A program made the position numbers and the translations under genes. Shown here one piece after another: positions 61,498 to 64,000 of a stretch of 64,000 nucleotides of DNA. The stretch lies in the NCBI RefSeq assembly GCF_006345805.1, contig NC_042998.1:202802001-202866000 (forward strand). Direction: 5' to 3'. The number at the start of each line of letters is the position of its first letter. Position 1 is the stretch's first letter. Source of the stretch: Octopus sinensis. Taxonomy: Eukaryota. The notes beneath the pieces were generated by a model, which searched no databases, was not told the DNA's origin, and saw only the letters and a list, made by a program, of their open reading frames with translations.

Positions 61498-61770
61498 TTT
61501 TAACCAATCAGCGTGCAGATTAGACGTCACGGTTTGGTGAAAGCGCCAGCGTAATTGATATTGACCGTCTTATTCATAAAAGATTTTAGCAAATCAGCGT
61601 GCGGCTTAGGCGTCACGGCCTGGTGAGCGCTAAACACAGCTGGCATTGACAGCGTTTGTTTTATAAAAGTTCTTTAACCACTTAGCGTGCGGCTTTGCCG
61701 TCTCGGCTCGGGGAGCGCGCCAGCACAGTTCACGTCGACAGCGCTTTTCATGAAGGCATTTTAGTCAGAG
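61498..61770 (+). repeat. Three diverged tandem 86-88-bp units plus the start of a fourth, GC/CpG-rich, unit head AACCAATCAGCGTGC
   Basis: Units start at 61502, 61588, 61676 (and 61762); shared TCAGCGTGC.G.TT.G.CGTC.CGG..TGG.GA..GC and TTGACAGCG. Confidence 0.85.
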
Positions 61771-61882
61771 TCATCTGTTAAGGATTCAGCTATGTTCAGA
61801 CATTGAAGAACACTCGATACTGTAAACAATATTCCTGCCTTTAATAAATGAATTTAATATTTCCGTTAAAATTCTGAACATT

Positions 61883-61921
<39 letters not shown>

Positions 61922-62789
61922 CACTACTAATACCACCACCACCACGGCCACTTTGCACGCACACATACATATATACATACATACATACATACATACATAC
62001 ATACATGCAAATATACATATACTTACATACACGCATATACGTGAGGGTGTATGTGCAAGTGTATGAGGCTGTGTGCATTTTGAATAAGTATGAATATGTT
62101 AACTGTATACACCTGCGTATGTGCATTGATATATCCGTATGTATATAAATGTGGGCGTGTGCTTGCATATTTATGTGTTTATGTATTTGTGCGTGTATGT
62201 GTATGTGTATACATGTTTGTCTATGAGAATGATAAGTAGGATTGTAAACATGGATATGCATATTACTAAAGAACCGTATATGCATTTACGGTTCCATGGT
62301 TTTATGTTTTTATGTTTCTATGTTCCCATGTTTCCATATGCTTCGATCGATATTTGTGATCATACAACCATTATACAACAATTATTATACAAATCTTATA
62401 CGTGTGATATTTATACATTTATGTATTTTTGAAGCTCTCCAATTTTTATACAATTTTTAATCAATGTCTAAACAATTGTTGAATTCTTTTTCCTTTTTTT
62501 TTTTTGTTTTTTTTTTGCTTTTGTATATCTATAAATATTTTATGTTTATGCGTTACACATTTATATACTGATTAAACACTCAACCAGTTTTATGTTCATA
62601 TATTTATGTATTTGCTGTAACCGTGTATTTACATATTTGAAATTTAAACATTCATGTATTTAAAATGCATGTATATCGGTTATTCGTGCACTGGTGCACA
62701 CATTTACATCTGAGTACATAAGGGATTGCGACTGTATATATTACAGCCTATGTGTGTAAATATGTGCATCAACGTGGAAATATGTATAT

Positions 62790-62999
62790 TCTCTTTTTCT
62801 CTTCCTCTTTTACTTGTTTCAGTCATTTGACTGCGGCCATGCTGGAGCACCGCCTTTAGTCGAGCAAATCGACCCCGGGACTTATTCTTTCGTAAGCCCA
62901 GTACTTATTCTATCGGTCTCTTTTTGCCGAACCGCTAAGTGACGGGGACGTAAACACATCAGCATCGGTTGTCAAGCAATGCTAGGGGGACAAACACAC

Positions 63000-63032
<33 letters not shown>

Positions 63033-63195
63033 CGACAGGCTTCTTTCAGTTTCCGTCTACCAAATCCACTCACAAGGCATTGGTCGGCCCGGGGCTATAG
63101 CAGAAGACACTTGCCCAAGATGCCACGCAGTGGGACTGAACCCGGAACCATGTGGTTGGTTAGCAAGCTACTTACCACACAGCCAATCCTGCGCT
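62790..63195 (-). mobile_element. SINE family A, full length, young
   Basis: Nearly identical to 581-992. Confidence 0.9.
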
Positions 63196-63417
63196 TATAT
63201 GTATATTTTTTATGTATGTTTCATTTAGTTGTAAATAAGCGTCAATATGCGACTACATATGTGCGTGCACACGCGTGGGGACACATTTGTAGTTGCACAT
63301 TCACGAGTATGAGTGTGGGGGGTTTGTGCATGCATATCTACACGTGTATGTCTCTTTATAGATATGCATATGCATATATGAGGGCATATTGTATTTTATA
63401 TATATAACAACATATAA

Positions 63418-63473
<56 letters not shown>

Positions 63474-63510
63474 GTGTGTGTATGTATATGTATGTGTGTG
63501 TGTGTGTGAA

Positions 63511-63810
63511 AATTAGTTGGTTGTCATGATAAAACTCAGAGTTTCGGATGCCGGTGCTGAAGTCTGCTCCGGCATCTCATCAGTTAATAAGACAAACGCT
63601 ATAGCGTTTGTCTAAATAACTTATGAGATGCCGGAGTAGACTTCAGCCCCGGCTTCTCTTAATAACTCATGATATTCCGAAGCAGACTTCAGCCCCACCA
63701 GCCGAAACTCTGAGTTTTATTATAACAACCAACTAATTGTCACATATTATATTTATAGATAAATTCCTCTATTTTACATAATGTCGAAGTCTCGTTCATT
63801 CTTTTGTTGT
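63511..63810. mobile_element. Palindromic PLE-terminus-derived element (arms 63511-63601 / 63602-63738), related to the 32.7-35.3 kb PLE
   Basis: GGTTGTCATGATAAAACTCAGAGTTTCGGATGCCG matches 32739-32773; TATAGATAAATTCCTCTATTTTACATAAT matches 35233-35260; central perfect palindrome GACAAACGCTATAGCGTTTGTC. Confidence 0.85.
63523..63593 (-). ncRNA. Type I hammerhead ribozyme, canonical core, extended stems
   Basis: Minus strand GTCTTATTAA-CTGATGA-GATGCCGG..14 nt..CCGGCATC-C-GAAA-C TCTGA GTT-TTATCATGAC: 8-bp stem II, 7/10 pairs in stem I, near-palindromic stem III. Confidence 0.8.
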
Positions 63811-63826
63811 CATATTATTATTATTA

Positions 63827-63861
<35 letters not shown>

Positions 63862-63945
63862 ATTTTTATTTTTATTATTATTATTATTACTATTGATGTT
63901 GTTGTTGTTATTGTTATTATTATTATTGTTGTTGTTATTATTAAT
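63810..63945. repeat. (ATT)n/(GTT)n trinucleotide array
   Basis: Direct reading. Confidence 0.9.
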
Positions 63946-64000
63946 ATATATGTATATCAAAATTGAGAGAGTGGAGCAGGTAAAGACCAGGCTACATATG

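Noticed and set aside
61498-61770. CRISPR array (also considered for other regular repeats)
   Set aside because: The units are whole diverged tandem copies with no constant repeat/unique spacer pattern; the context is eukaryotic with no cas genes.

Overview
Eukaryotic, very AT-rich, microsatellite-dense DNA. The repeat families look like those of an Octopus genome (inference from recognised SINE/LINE/PLE types; no database check). I can support no host protein-coding exon, rRNA, true tRNA or CRISPR array. Nearly all long ORFs in the track are read-throughs of (TA)n/(CA)n/triplet repeats. The window is a transposon graveyard: many tRNA-derived SINE copies, CR1-like, RTE and R4/Dong-like LINE remnants, three Penelope-like element (PLE) remnants including a young inverted one at 32.7-35.3 kb, a dead Tc1, a dead DD34D mariner, two TA-flanked MITEs, three non-autonomous Helitron-like elements and a 100-N gap. 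The most interesting signal is one the ORF track cannot show. About ten palindromic (fold-back) elements sit mostly in (TA)n arrays, and several carry a type I hammerhead ribozyme (HHR) fold in each arm, always pointing outward. About 17 HHR or HHR-like motifs were read by eye. They include canonical cores, two unrelated families with a compensatory U3-A8 core pair, one with an A3-U8 pair, two with U4C, and a PLE-terminal variant missing 4 nt of the CUGANGA box whose relative at 63.5 kb keeps the full core. HHRs in PLEs are established knowledge. The core covariation, the divergent double-HHR palindromes and the intact-versus-deleted core pair are what deserve testing. All folds were assigned manually; none has been computed or assayed.
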